From NCBI GenBank assembly GCA_965219455.1, contig OZ244744.1, forward strand, positions 4,288,001 to 4,352,000: a DNA stretch of 64,000 nt. The letters run 5' to 3'. The number at the start of each line of letters is the position of its first letter. Position 1 is the stretch's first letter. The translations under genes and the position numbers were made by a program. Of this stretch, positions 10,443 to 20,848 are shown one piece after another. The notes beneath the pieces were generated by a model. It did not search any database. It was not told the origin of the DNA and was given only the letters and a program-made list of their open reading frames with translations. Origin of the DNA: Candidatus Latescibacterota bacterium. Lineage in GTDB: Bacteria; Latescibacterota; UBA2968; GCA-2709665.

Positions 10443-11360
10443 TCAGTTCCGGGGATCCTTTCGGACTTCAACGCCCAGAGCCTCTTCCCAGACGTGGATC
10501 ATTCCGCCTTTGTTCAGGTTTCCCAGACCCCTTTCCAGTGCTGCGCGAAAGGTATGGGCGGCGGCGGAGACCACAGGCAGTCTCACGCCCTCTCTTTCGA
10601 GTATCTCGACGATGGCGTCGATATCTTTGCGGGCGTTTGCCATCGGATAACCGGGTTCGAAATCCCGTTCGAGGATCAGTGGCGCGAAGGTGTCGAAACC
10701 GTAACTCTGGCCGCTGCCGGTGTTCACAACGTCGCATATCTTATCCGCGCTCAGGCCGAGTTTGACCGCTAGTGGAAGCATCTCGGCCAGCGCGGCGCAG
10801 GAGATGTTGAAGAGGGTGTTGTTAACGATCTTGGCAATCTGGCCGTTACCGGATGCGCCCATGTAGAAAACGTACGAACCCATGGCATTCAGGAGCGGTT
10901 GGACGGCGCAAAAGGCATCACTGTCGCCGCCCACCATCAGCGTAAGGGTTCCTTCGGCCGCGCGGCTACTCATCCCGGAACAGGGCGCATCCAGAAAATG
11001 AACGCCGAGATCACCCAGAATTCGTGAAGCCTCGCGCGTGAAATCGGGGTGCGTCGTGCCACAATCGACGACGATGTGCCCGGCCTTCAGCAGACGTCGA
11101 AGGCCTTTTTCTCCGAAGAGCACGGTTTCCACGGCCCCGGTATCGGGAAGCATCAGGATTATCCGTTCACATATACCGGCCATCCGGGGTATGTCCGCCG
11201 CGGGCTGTGCGCCTGACCGGGCGACCCGATCCAATGCTTCCTTTTTCGTGTCGTAGACGAGGAGTGGAAACTCCGCGTTCAACACATTACGGGCCATACC
11301 GCTTCCCATTTCGCCCAGGCCGATGAAGCCCACTGGCGATGGCGCGAGAGGTCGACTCAT
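10443..11360 (-). CDS. Beta-hydroxyacid dehydrogenase (3-hydroxyisobutyrate dehydrogenase/tartronate semialdehyde reductase family)
   Basis: Start at ATG 11360; VGFIGLGEMG, FLDAPCSG, GTLTLMVGG, KIVNN, KD motifs. Confidence 0.9.
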   Translation of the reverse strand: MSRPLAPSPVGFIGLGEMGSGMARNVLNAEFPLLVYDTKKEALDRVARSGAQPAADIPRMAGICERIILMLPDTGAVETVLFGEKGLRRLLKAGHIVVDCGTTHPDFTREASRILGDLGVHFLDAPCSGMSSRAAEGTLTLMVGGDSDAFCAVQPLLNAMGSYVFYMGASGNGQIAKIVNNTLFNISCAALAEMLPLAVKLGLSADKICDVVNTGSGQSYGFDTFAPLILERDFEPGYPMANARKDIDAIVEILEREGVRLPVVSAAAHTFRAALERGLGNLNKGGMIHVWEEALGVEVRKDPRN

Positions 11361-11545
11361 GTCGGGTTCCTGTTGGAGGACTCCAGGGTTCCTGGCGGCG
11401 GCTGTCGTCTGCGAAAGCCGGCGAGTCTGAGCGCGTCCGGCGTCACCGGTCGGCGATTGAGCTGTTGGTGCGCGTATCCTTCTTCGACGCTTGTCGACCC
11501 CGTGTGGAACGCCAATGAAATCATCCGTACTGGAAAAGGAAATAT

Positions 11546-12949
11546 TCAAGTGGCGGTATGATTGACTTCGAGGTCGTCGAACCAACTTGTGCCACTGCCA
11601 TCCTGCCGCAGGATGAGGTAGACGGCCCCGCTGTCCGGCGGCGACGGACCGTGGATCTCTACGCTGACCTGCGTCCAGTCATTGGTGCCGGTGAGTTTTC
11701 GCGAGCATATGTAGGGATATTTCTCAGGTTCGTTGAACACGCCGCGGCGCACGGCCAGAAACGCGCCGTGCCCCTGGACGTTTTCGGTCTTGATGTGCAC
11801 AGTAACGCGAAAGCCGGTTGAAAGGGTCCAGCGTTCGGTCCAGGCGCCATCGCTTTCGCGATCCATTACCCACTCAGTGGGCCCGTCCGTGGGTTTGCTG
11901 ATTTTGAGTGAAAATTGGTCGGAGCGTCCGTGATCCTTACACCATGCCGCGCCCTCTCCCTCGGGCAGCCAGGGCCAGGGATCGGTACTGCACGAAGTGG
12001 GTTTGTTGAGCTGTAAACCATTGGAGAAACTGGTTTTGCGTTCGTACAGAGGGAGTTCCTCAAAGTCGTTGTACGAGACTTTGGGAATGGGCTCCGCGCG
12101 AGCCATCATCTGCGCCACCTTCTGGTCCGGACAAAGTCGAATGCGAAAGTGTGGACACAACGGCGCGTAGAGTTCGTCACGCGTGTAGTGACCCGCGAAA
12201 TGGACGTCGTATCCCCAGTTACACACACCCACCGAGGTACGTTCGGCGGTGTCGCCCATAAATTCGAAGGCGGGGTTGTTCCCGGGATCATAGGCCAGGA
12301 CCAGGGCCCCGTCGCGTTTGAGCGGTCCTGGGCCGGGAATGCCGGTCGCCATGTGGTTGAGTGGCATCTGCCAGATGGCGCCGTCTCCCGTCTCGGCCAG
12401 GAGATGCGAGTATCGTTTTTTCCACATCCCGGGGAATTCGACGGTGGGCCCGGGGATGTCGTTGTACCAGGGGTCGCAATATTCGAAGCGGACGGTCTCT
12501 TCCCGGTCCAGTGCTTCCGGACTGTGGATGTCCAGGTGGGCTTTAAAGTCGTAGATATACGATGCCAACTCGGCGTCGTAGGTTAGCGTGAGCACACGGT
12601 GCGAGGTGGCCACGCCGCCTGGGTCCGCGGTGATCACCGTGAGAACGAGGCGGTCGGTTTCCTGGCCCTTCGCCTGGATATCGATGAGATTCGTGGTGGC
12701 CAGGACACGGTGCTGGAACACCCAGTACATTTGCACGCCGCAAACGAGCGGGCGTCCCCCGGGGGCCAGTTTCAGGTCTCGCAGGTTGACCGGTTTGGTG
12801 TTGCCGTTGAAATAACGCAGGTTCTGTTCAGGCTGTTCGATCACTTTGTCTTCGAGACGCGCGATGGGCTCTTCGTGATCATAAATCCATGTCTCGCCGG
12901 CGCAGACACCCCCATGGGTTCGGAACGTGAAGATGCTGTTGTGGGCCAT
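11546..12949 (-). CDS. Hypothetical protein with C-terminal galactose-binding-like (CBM4/9-like) domain
   Basis: 467 aa ORF; C-terminal IKTENVQG...LTGTNDWTQVSVE...GSGTSWFDDLEV jelly-roll signature. Confidence 0.65.
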   Translation of the reverse strand: MAHNSIFTFRTHGGVCAGETWIYDHEEPIARLEDKVIEQPEQNLRYFNGNTKPVNLRDLKLAPGGRPLVCGVQMYWVFQHRVLATTNLIDIQAKGQETDRLVLTVITADPGGVATSHRVLTLTYDAELASYIYDFKAHLDIHSPEALDREETVRFEYCDPWYNDIPGPTVEFPGMWKKRYSHLLAETGDGAIWQMPLNHMATGIPGPGPLKRDGALVLAYDPGNNPAFEFMGDTAERTSVGVCNWGYDVHFAGHYTRDELYAPLCPHFRIRLCPDQKVAQMMARAEPIPKVSYNDFEELPLYERKTSFSNGLQLNKPTSCSTDPWPWLPEGEGAAWCKDHGRSDQFSLKISKPTDGPTEWVMDRESDGAWTERWTLSTGFRVTVHIKTENVQGHGAFLAVRRGVFNEPEKYPYICSRKLTGTNDWTQVSVEIHGPSPPDSGAVYLILRQDGSGTSWFDDLEVNHTAT

Positions 12950-12987
12950 GGGATATTCCTCGGTGGCGTGGGCGGATGACGGGCGAT

Positions 12988-13016
12988 ATGATAGTTGGGT
13001 CGGAACGCCAAGTCAA
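12988..13016 (-). promoter_or_regulatory. Sigma70-type promoter for the 11546-12949 gene
   Basis: Minus strand TTGACT-17 bp-TATCAT about 40 bp upstream of the start. Confidence 0.55.
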
Positions 13017-13195
13017 CCCCTATCGGCAGGGCCGCAGGCTGACAGTCCGTTGATAGAGCCGGCCGCCGCCCGGATGGGCTTTTTCAACGGGCTGTCAAGA
13101 TGCGTCCGGTAACAAAACCGTTGATCATCGGGCGGGACGCGCGTATCTTGTCGCATTCTCCTGTGTATGGATCCGACCCGAAAAAGGAGGTTTGC

Positions 13196-16165
13196 ATGAG
13201 GGGAGGCGGGAAGCTGGTGACGCCGGAGCAGGTGAGGAACGCCAGGCGTAACGTGACGCGTTTCGATTGGGCGGCCGCCCGGCGGGATGCCGCCGTGGCG
13301 CAGGCGCAACGATGGGCGCGTCTTGACGACGACATGCTTTGGGCGATGGTGACCGGCCAGACGATCGGGCGGAGCACGAATGCGAGCGTCGAAAAGGGTT
13401 GCCCGCAGTGCGGCAGTGAGATCTACCGGTATGGAGGACACTTCAGGGTGGATGTAATCGCGGATCCGTGGAAAATCACGTGTCCCTCGTGTAACGGGCG
13501 CTTTCCGACCAACGATTTCGAGGCATTTTACCGAAGTGGAATCGCCGAAGACGGGCTATTCCACCCTGATCGTGCAGATAGGACGCTTCTCTTTAACGCC
13601 AATCATCCGGATCCTGAAGATGCGAAGCACATGTTCGCAGTAGACGACGGGATGGGATGGAGGGACGAGGCAGGAGAGTCGTTCAAACTGGTGGGGGTTT
13701 ACGCACACTATGGGATCTGGTCGGAGATCAGTTCGGCCTGCAGGGCGTTCGGGGAGGCGTTTCTGCTGACGGGAGACCGCATTTATGCCCACAAGGCGGG
13801 GGTGCTGCTTGCCCGGATCGCGGACGTTTACCCCGATATGGACTGGTCATTCTGGGCCCGGCAGGGTTTCTTCAATTCCGACGGACTGAGCGGCCGGGGT
13901 CGGATTTACGGTCGAATCTGGGAGCCCGGCCTGCTGAAGGCGTTTGCCGAGTGCTTCGATCTGGTGCGTGCGGCCTGGAAGGACGAAGACGCGCTGTTTC
14001 GATTACTTCGAACAAAACAGTCGCGGCACGGTCTGGTCGAGCAGGCCACCGCGGATGCGTTGTGCGCTCACTTTGAAACCCATGTCCTGCGTGAAGGCAT
14101 CGAGGCCATCCTGCAGGGTGACATTCACCATAACGAGCCAGGCGATCAGGCCACCATGGCCTTATTGGCCGTCGCACTGAACGACGATCGTACGGATGAA
14201 AGGTTGGATTGGATCTTTCGGGAGGGATTCCTGATGGGCCGGCAGCCCACCGGAGGACACATTCCTCTGCTTTTCGCCCGTGAGATCGATCGGGATGGTG
14301 TGGGTTCGGAGGGCGCGCCGGGATATAGTCTCGGATGGCTGAGGTGGCCGCTCGGGATGCGGTCGCTGGAGATGATTCTTGGGTCACGGCCGTCGTATAC
14401 GCGCCACAGGATTGGCGTTTTCGCCCGATACCGCCAGATGTACCTGGCGTTTATGCGGTTGACGGCGCTGAATCGCTATGTCCCCTCCATTGGCGACAGC
14501 GGCAGTACAGGCAGTCCCGGATTGGCCGGCGCGGATATTGAGCAGTGTCTATACGGGTTTGAGATGTTCGGCGACACCGAACTGGCGCAATCGATATACC
14601 ACCTCGCGGACGGAGATCTGTCAGGGGTGCACGGAGCAATTACGGATCCGGATCCGGAGGCGATACGAGTCCGGATCGCGGAAACGGTCGGCAGGCACGG
14701 GCCGCTTCGGTTATCATCGGATGTGATGACGGGATACGGTCTGGCCATGTTGCGTGACGGTGAGGGGGAACTCGAACGGACACTGTGGCTTTATTACGGG
14801 CGCAACATGGGTCACGGGCACGCGGATCGCCTCAATCTGGGTCTTTACGCCTTCGGTCTCGACATGTTGCCGGACCTTGGTTATCCCGAGCACGCTCGCG
14901 TGTGGCCCAAGCGTTCGGGCTGGACAAATCATACGGTCTCGCACAACACGGTATTGGTGGATCGAAGCCCGCAGAAGGGCACCTATTCCGGAAAGGTCGA
15001 TTTTGTCGGAATTGCAGCCAATGTTCAGGTCGTCTCCGTGTCGTCCACGGATGTATATCCGCAGTGTTCGGCCTACGGTCGGCAAAGCGTTCTCGTGCGG
15101 ATTTCGGAACGGGATTTCTATGTCGCCGATTGCTTCCGTGTGTCCGGCGGGCGTTCACACCATTTTATGTTCCATGCGGCCGAGGGTGAAGTGGAGACCG
15201 CGGGGATGGACTTGCAGCCGCAGGCTCGCGGAACCTACGCCGGAGAGGACGTCGGTTTCGGTGAGTTTTACGATGGTTCAGTTGTGGATTTAAACGGATA
15301 CAGGGGAAGCGGCTTCCAATACCTGTACGATGTCCGGCGTTGCCCCGCGCCCGATAGCGTTATATCGGTGGACTGGCGGGTGAAAGATACCTGGAAGGTC
15401 GGCGCCCGGTCCAGCGCGGCAGGGGCGCCGCTGATGACCGATGTGCATTTGCGTTGGAGTCTGTTCAATTCACCGGGAGAAGTGGCGCTTTGCCACGGGG
15501 ACCCGCCGCAGAACAAACCGGGAAACCCGAGGCGATTGACCTACGGGGTGGCCTCGCACGAGGGAGGCGACGGGCTGGATTCCACGTTTCTGAGTCTGAT
15601 CGAAGCCTACGATGGCGTTCGCGTTGTCCGTTTCGCCGAAGACGTCGATGTATCCGGACCCGGCAGGTCACTGAGGGTTCAACTACCTGACAACCGGGTC
15701 GATACGTTGATTTTCGGCGACGGTGTTTCTTGCGTACAGGTGGACGGAAGAATCATGTTTGACGGGAATCTGGGCGTGTATTCGGAAGTGAATGGCACAG
15801 CACGTTGGGCGGTGCTGGTGGGGGGCACGGTACTGGGCACCCGGGAACGATCCATTCGGAAGCCGTCAGGGGTGTGGCGGGGCAGGGTGGAAGCGTGCGA
15901 GCCGGGCCGAATCTGGACTTCCGCGGAGCCGCCTGCGGATCCGTTGAACGGCGGATTCATTTCCATCGACAACGATAACGAACGCGATTCGACTTATCGG
16001 ATTCACGAGATCCGCCGGGAGGGGGGCGGAACGCTGATCGACCTGGGGAACGTGGATTTCGTAAGGGGAATGGTCGAAGACATGGACTATTCGAAGGGGT
16101 TCGTTTACGATTTTGAGGTGGGCAGGCAATTTCGCGTCGTGCGGACGTACGAAACCAGGTGGTAG
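13196..16165 (+). CDS. Heparinase II/III-like polysaccharide lyase with N-terminal CxxC...CxxC insert, no signal peptide
   Basis: RBS AAGGAGG, ATG 13196; DGVGSEGAPGY, GHGHADRLNLGL, PDLGYP, HTVSHNTVLVD; CPQC and CPSC pairs. Confidence 0.8.
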   Translation: MRGGGKLVTPEQVRNARRNVTRFDWAAARRDAAVAQAQRWARLDDDMLWAMVTGQTIGRSTNASVEKGCPQCGSEIYRYGGHFRVDVIADPWKITCPSCNGRFPTNDFEAFYRSGIAEDGLFHPDRADRTLLFNANHPDPEDAKHMFAVDDGMGWRDEAGESFKLVGVYAHYGIWSEISSACRAFGEAFLLTGDRIYAHKAGVLLARIADVYPDMDWSFWARQGFFNSDGLSGRGRIYGRIWEPGLLKAFAECFDLVRAAWKDEDALFRLLRTKQSRHGLVEQATADALCAHFETHVLREGIEAILQGDIHHNEPGDQATMALLAVALNDDRTDERLDWIFREGFLMGRQPTGGHIPLLFAREIDRDGVGSEGAPGYSLGWLRWPLGMRSLEMILGSRPSYTRHRIGVFARYRQMYLAFMRLTALNRYVPSIGDSGSTGSPGLAGADIEQCLYGFEMFGDTELAQSIYHLADGDLSGVHGAITDPDPEAIRVRIAETVGRHGPLRLSSDVMTGYGLAMLRDGEGELERTLWLYYGRNMGHGHADRLNLGLYAFGLDMLPDLGYPEHARVWPKRSGWTNHTVSHNTVLVDRSPQKGTYSGKVDFVGIAANVQVVSVSSTDVYPQCSAYGRQSVLVRISERDFYVADCFRVSGGRSHHFMFHAAEGEVETAGMDLQPQARGTYAGEDVGFGEFYDGSVVDLNGYRGSGFQYLYDVRRCPAPDSVISVDWRVKDTWKVGARSSAAGAPLMTDVHLRWSLFNSPGEVALCHGDPPQNKPGNPRRLTYGVASHEGGDGLDSTFLSLIEAYDGVRVVRFAEDVDVSGPGRSLRVQLPDNRVDTLIFGDGVSCVQVDGRIMFDGNLGVYSEVNGTARWAVLVGGTVLGTRERSIRKPSGVWRGRVEACEPGRIWTSAEPPADPLNGGFISIDNDNERDSTYRIHEIRREGGGTLIDLGNVDFVRGMVEDMDYSKGFVYDFEVGRQFRVVRTYETRW

Positions 16166-16320
16166 GGCCCTGATGCCCTTGAATCCGGGAGGGCGCGAAA
16201 GGTGGTCGCCGGATCGGGCCGGGCCGGCTATCGGCGCCCGATGTTTCCGGATCATCGGCCGGATTGTCCGATCCCGCTTTGGCCAACTTAAGCAAACACG
16301 GAGTTGCGGAGACCGACGTT

Positions 16321-17007
16321 ATGGCGGAATGGCGGGACGATGCCGGCCTTTTTGAGCTGATGGAGCGCGAACTGTTCACCGCCGTGGTGGGCGACGTGAT
16401 GGATGAGGTGGGTCTGGTCAGGCAGTTTCTGCCACCGGCGATTCAGCCACTGCGGGAAGATATGGTCGTCACGGGCAGGGCGATGCCGGTCCTGGGGGCC
16501 GATAGCGCGGACCGGTCAATCCGTTCCGAGGACGGCGACCGGCCGTTCGGCTTGATGTTCGAGGCGCTCGATGATCTGGCCGCGAACGAAGTTTATATAT
16601 GTACAGGGGCATCGCCCACCTATGCGCTCTGGGGTGAGCTAATGAGTACGAGGGCGATGAAGCTGGGCGCCGCTGGCGCCGTTCTGGACGGATTCAGCCG
16701 CGACACTCGGGGAATACTGGAATTGAATTTCCCGACGTTCTGCGCCGGTCGATATGCGCAGGACCTGCGAATCCGGGGGCGCGTGGTCGACTACCGATGT
16801 GCGCTCACGTTTTCAAACGGAGCCGCGGTGTCTCCGGGTGACATCGTGTTCGGAGATCTGGATGGCGTGGTGATTGTACCGGGCGACGCCGAGACCGACG
16901 TCATTAACCGGGCGTTGGGAAAGGTGAGGGGAGAGAGCCGGGTTCGGGAGGCGATTGAAGGCGGGACGTCCGCGAGAGAGGCGTTTGACCGGTATGGGAT
17001 CATGTAG
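16321..17007 (+). CDS. RraA/HMG aldolase family protein
   Basis: TAVVGDVMD, ALWGELMS, GAVLDGFSRD, VSPGDIVFGDLDGVVIVP. Confidence 0.9.
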   Translation: MAEWRDDAGLFELMERELFTAVVGDVMDEVGLVRQFLPPAIQPLREDMVVTGRAMPVLGADSADRSIRSEDGDRPFGLMFEALDDLAANEVYICTGASPTYALWGELMSTRAMKLGAAGAVLDGFSRDTRGILELNFPTFCAGRYAQDLRIRGRVVDYRCALTFSNGAAVSPGDIVFGDLDGVVIVPGDAETDVINRALGKVRGESRVREAIEGGTSAREAFDRYGIM

Positions 17008-17049
17008 GTCCCTGTCTTTTTTTGGGGCAGGTCCCGGGAGGGATATGGC

Positions 17050-18024
17050 GTGAATGTCGTTCCCGTGGAATTCGTACGGGTGATGCCGGAGGACATGCGG
17101 GCTTTTGTGTTCGACATGTATCGGCGGGTGGAAATGTCCCGGGACCGGGCGCGGCTGATGGCCGAGCTCCTTGTGGGTACCGATATACGGGGCGTGTTCA
17201 GTCACGGGACGCGACAGTCCGCGCGCTACCTGCGTCTCCTGCGCGACGGCGACCTGAATCCGAACCCGGATGCAACCATTTTGCATCAGACCGCAACGAC
17301 GGGTACGATCGATGGGGATGGAGGGTTGGGTCATTTTGCTTCGTGGCGCGCGGCCCACCTCGCCGTGAAGAAGGCCAGGGCTGCTGGCATGGCAGCGGTG
17401 GCGACCCGCAATCATCACCATTTTGGCGCGGCCGGAAAATATTCCCGGGTAATATCCGGCGCCGGCATGGCCGGATTTGTCGTGTCGTCGCACGTCCGGC
17501 AACTGTCGCCCGCGCAGGGGATCATGTCAGCGAACGGCGCGTCGCCGATGAGTTTCGCCGTACCGGCGGGCCGGGAGCATCCGCTGGTTCTGGATATGTC
17601 AACCGGTGTCGCGTTTGGCGGAAACACCGATTTCGGAAAGATTTTCCATCGCATGCCCTCCGCGTTTTTCAAGAGTCTGGGTCTGGGTGCGGTCTGTCAC
17701 GCGCTGGGAGGTTTGCTTGCGGGGATTCAGACCTTGGATGAGGCGCAGCCGGAATGGCCGGCGGTGAACCAGGGATCCTTTATTCTGGCCGTGGATATTT
17801 CCGGTTTCGCGTCGCCGGACGCGTTTCGTCGGCAGATGGATGACTTTATAGTCGCCGTACGAGGACTCCAACCGTTTCCGGGCGAGGACCGCGCATTGCT
17901 TCCCGGGGCCCTGGAACGGGAAAGGGAGCGAACCTGGGCTGTTGAGGGGATTCCTATCGGGCCGGATCACCAGAGAGACCTGGCGAAAGTTGCGGCGGAA
18001 CTGGGTGTGGAGACGCCGTTCTAG
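17050..18024 (+). CDS. Ldh_2 family oxidoreductase (malate/L-lactate/sulfolactate dehydrogenase-like)
   Basis: RGVFSHG, IDGDGGLG, RNHHHFGAAG, LVLDMST, LLPGALE. Confidence 0.88.
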   Translation: MNVVPVEFVRVMPEDMRAFVFDMYRRVEMSRDRARLMAELLVGTDIRGVFSHGTRQSARYLRLLRDGDLNPNPDATILHQTATTGTIDGDGGLGHFASWRAAHLAVKKARAAGMAAVATRNHHHFGAAGKYSRVISGAGMAGFVVSSHVRQLSPAQGIMSANGASPMSFAVPAGREHPLVLDMSTGVAFGGNTDFGKIFHRMPSAFFKSLGLGAVCHALGGLLAGIQTLDEAQPEWPAVNQGSFILAVDISGFASPDAFRRQMDDFIVAVRGLQPFPGEDRALLPGALERERERTWAVEGIPIGPDHQRDLAKVAAELGVETPF

Positions 18025-18194
18025 GATGACGGCGCCTTGACCGACTTAACGTCAGTACAACGGATATCCATTGTTGGCAGCGACAACGCGTGCCCCGATG
18101 CTCCCGGAGCACACGTTAAGCATATTCCTGGTATGCCGTGACCCGGCCGGTATTTCAGCCGGGACTTCAAGTCGTTTCAAAGTGGAAGGGAACA

Positions 18195-19175
18195 ATGAAA
18201 GTCAAGTTTGCGCAATACGGAATCCTGCATTCGCACGCCGCGGGCAAGGCGGCAGTATTGAAAGCCAACCCGGACGTGTCTTTCTGCGGCGTGTATGAGC
18301 CGGACCCGTCCGTGCGGGCGGCGCGAGGCGCAGTCGAGGCGTACGACGGTGTCAACTGGTTCGAGGCCAGGGAAGACATGCTCGACGACGCGTCCATCGC
18401 GGCTATCGCGGTGGAAGGCGCGATAGCGCAGAATCTGGAATTCGCCCGCGAAGCGCTGGAGCGAGGCAAACACGTCTGGCTGGACAAGCCGGCGGGGGAC
18501 AATTGGGAAAAATTTCAGAGTCTGGTTGCCATGGCAAGGCAAAAGGGCCTGCTGTTGCAACTGGGGTATATGTTCCGGTACAATGCCGGATTTCGATTCA
18601 TCCTGGATTGGGCGAATTCCGGCAGACTCGGGGACGTTTTTTCCGTTCGAGGGCGGATGTCCACGTGGGTTGGCGAAGACAGACGTGAGGGATTGGCCGT
18701 ACATGAGGGCGGCATTCTGTTTGAGTTGCTATGCCATCTGATGGACATAGTAGTGGCGGTGTTGGGACGGCCGGACAGGGTGACGTCGTTCCTCAGGAAC
18801 GAACGTGGAACCGTGCCGGCTTTCAGGGATAATGCCGCGGCGATTTTTGAATATGAAAACGCGTTGGCGATCGTCGAGTCTTCCGCATTGGAGGTGTCCG
18901 CCTTTCCGTCGCGGCGGTTCGAAGTGTACGGCACGCGAGGGAGCATCGTAATGGAGCCGCTCGAGCCGGACCCGGTGGTACGCCTCTGTCTGGACGAGGC
19001 TCGCGACGGCTTCAACAAGGGATGGCAGACGGTGCCGGTTGAGAACGAACCGAGGTACGTCGTGAGCTTGCGTTCCATGGTCGCGGAGATCAGGGGCCGG
19101 AAGCCGCCGGTCCGGTCGCTGGATCATGAATTAATCGTGCAGGAAACGGTTCTCCGGGCCGCGGGTGTTCTATAA
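18195..19175 (+). CDS. Gfo/Idh/MocA family oxidoreductase
   Basis: ATG 18195; GKHVWLDKP, LGYMFRYN, GGILFELLCHLMD. Confidence 0.9.
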   Translation: MKVKFAQYGILHSHAAGKAAVLKANPDVSFCGVYEPDPSVRAARGAVEAYDGVNWFEAREDMLDDASIAAIAVEGAIAQNLEFAREALERGKHVWLDKPAGDNWEKFQSLVAMARQKGLLLQLGYMFRYNAGFRFILDWANSGRLGDVFSVRGRMSTWVGEDRREGLAVHEGGILFELLCHLMDIVVAVLGRPDRVTSFLRNERGTVPAFRDNAAAIFEYENALAIVESSALEVSAFPSRRFEVYGTRGSIVMEPLEPDPVVRLCLDEARDGFNKGWQTVPVENEPRYVVSLRSMVAEIRGRKPPVRSLDHELIVQETVLRAAGVL

Positions 19176-19248
19176 GGTTCTACAGTCAAAGTCGTTCATC
19201 CGTGCGAAGACCGCTGGGGGTTTTAAGACAGCTTTTTGGGAGGACTCC

Positions 19249-19665
19249 ATGGGTTTGTTGCGGCATCTGGCGCTGCGTTGCACCGATATGGAACTGTCCA
19301 GGCGGTTTTACGAGGATGTGATCGGCTGGCGTTTTGTCGCACTCCGTCCGCGTGGCGATGCTCTGGATATGAGTGACGGAACAAACAACATTACGTTGAT
19401 TCAGCAGCCGGAGGATTCGAATCGACCGCTGCTCGCGGAGGGAGACGAATATATCCATTTCGGCGTGATCGTGGAAGACCTGGACGCGACCTGGGCCCGT
19501 GTGATGGCCTGGGGAGCGGAGGTCGTGCGAGAGAACGTGAAAGAGCGCAACCCGGTCGATTCTCATGTCCGTCCGCCGGTCTCGTTCAAGGTGCTGGATC
19601 CGGACGGAAATGTCGTCGATATCACCTGCAACAGGAGCGAGTGGGTCGGGGCCATTGCGGAATAG
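19249..19665 (+). CDS. VOC/glyoxalase family protein
   Basis: RBS GGAGG, ATG 19249; LRHLAL...SRRFY, HFGVIVEDL, DPDGNVVDI. Confidence 0.88.
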   Translation: MGLLRHLALRCTDMELSRRFYEDVIGWRFVALRPRGDALDMSDGTNNITLIQQPEDSNRPLLAEGDEYIHFGVIVEDLDATWARVMAWGAEVVRENVKERNPVDSHVRPPVSFKVLDPDGNVVDITCNRSEWVGAIAE

Positions 19666-19804
19666 CGTCTTCCGTTGCCTGACCGGGCGCCGGAAGAGTC
19701 AGGGCAAGGATTTCGTACCGTTCACGATTGGTTTGTGTGGGAACTGAATTGCGATTGGTATCGACCGGACCGGAATTTCTCATGGAAGGAAGGAAATCGC
19801 ACGC

Positions 19805-20848
19805 ATGATCCTGATCACCGGTGCGCCTGGATGGCTGGGCACCCGTCTGGTCGATACGATCGTCAATGGGCTGCCTGGTATGCCGTCGCTTACGGAACCG
19901 TATGCGGAACGTCGCATACGTTGTTTTGTATTGAATGGCGTCAACTCGGAGGAGCTTCGCGGCCTTTCGCCGAAGGTCACCCTGGTTGAAGGAGACGTAC
20001 GCGACAAGGCGACCCTGCAGCCGTTTTTCGGAGAATGCGAGGGCGCCACGCTCTTCCACCTCATCGGTGTCATCCATCCAAGGCGAGTCAGGGACTTTTA
20101 CGACGTGAATACGGGCGGCGCACGCAATATCGTCGACTGCGCCGTGAAGCACGGCGTGAAGCGGCTGGTGATGATTTCATCCAACAGTCCGGCAGGTTAT
20201 CACACGGATAACGGGCGCCTGTTCCACGAGAATTCGCCGGATCGGCCGTACATGAGTTACGGCAAGTCGAAAAAGCTGGCCGAAGATATCGTCAACGCGG
20301 CACATAAGTCGGGAAAACTTGAAACCACGATTCTTCGTCCCTGCTGGTTTTATGGCCCTGGTCAACCGCCGCGGCAGACGCGATTTTTCAAAATGGTCCG
20401 GCACGGGCGCGTGCCTGTGGTTGGCGGGGGAGAGAACAGGCGTTCCATGTCATACATAGACAATCTCTGTCAGGCCATTCTCCTTGCCGGCCAGATTGAG
20501 AAAGCGAATGGACAGACCTACTGGATTGCAGATCGAACACCCTACACGATGAACGAAACGGTCGACACAATCGAAAGCCTTCTGGAGCATGAATTCAACC
20601 TGCCTGTCGCGCACAAGCGGTTGAGATTGCCTGCAATAGCCAGTGAATTCGCTTTAGCCTGCGACTGGATGATCCAGCGCGCCGGACTATACTGCCAGGA
20701 GGTGCATGTACTTTCAGAGCTGAATAAGACCATTGCGTGTTCGATCGACAAAGCCGAACGGGACCTCGGCTATCGTCCCGGGATCGGCCTGGAGGAGGGC
20801 ATGCGGCGGTCCATCAGGTGGTGTATCGACCGGGGATTCCTGCCGTGA
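19805..20848 (+). CDS. NAD-dependent epimerase/dehydratase (extended SDR, 3beta-HSD-like)
   Basis: TGAPGWLG, YGKSK (YxxxK), LRPCWFYGP. Confidence 0.9.
   Translation: MILITGAPGWLGTRLVDTIVNGLPGMPSLTEPYAERRIRCFVLNGVNSEELRGLSPKVTLVEGDVRDKATLQPFFGECEGATLFHLIGVIHPRRVRDFYDVNTGGARNIVDCAVKHGVKRLVMISSNSPAGYHTDNGRLFHENSPDRPYMSYGKSKKLAEDIVNAAHKSGKLETTILRPCWFYGPGQPPRQTRFFKMVRHGRVPVVGGGENRRSMSYIDNLCQAILLAGQIEKANGQTYWIADRTPYTMNETVDTIESLLEHEFNLPVAHKRLRLPAIASEFALACDWMIQRAGLYCQEVHVLSELNKTIACSIDKAERDLGYRPGIGLEEGMRRSIRWCIDRGFLP

Noticed and set aside
13079-13097. IS-end-like TTTTTCAACGGGCTG (similar at ~22555 and, inverted, at ~44897)
   Set aside because: No paired end at a sensible distance, no transposase or target duplication; at most degenerate remnants
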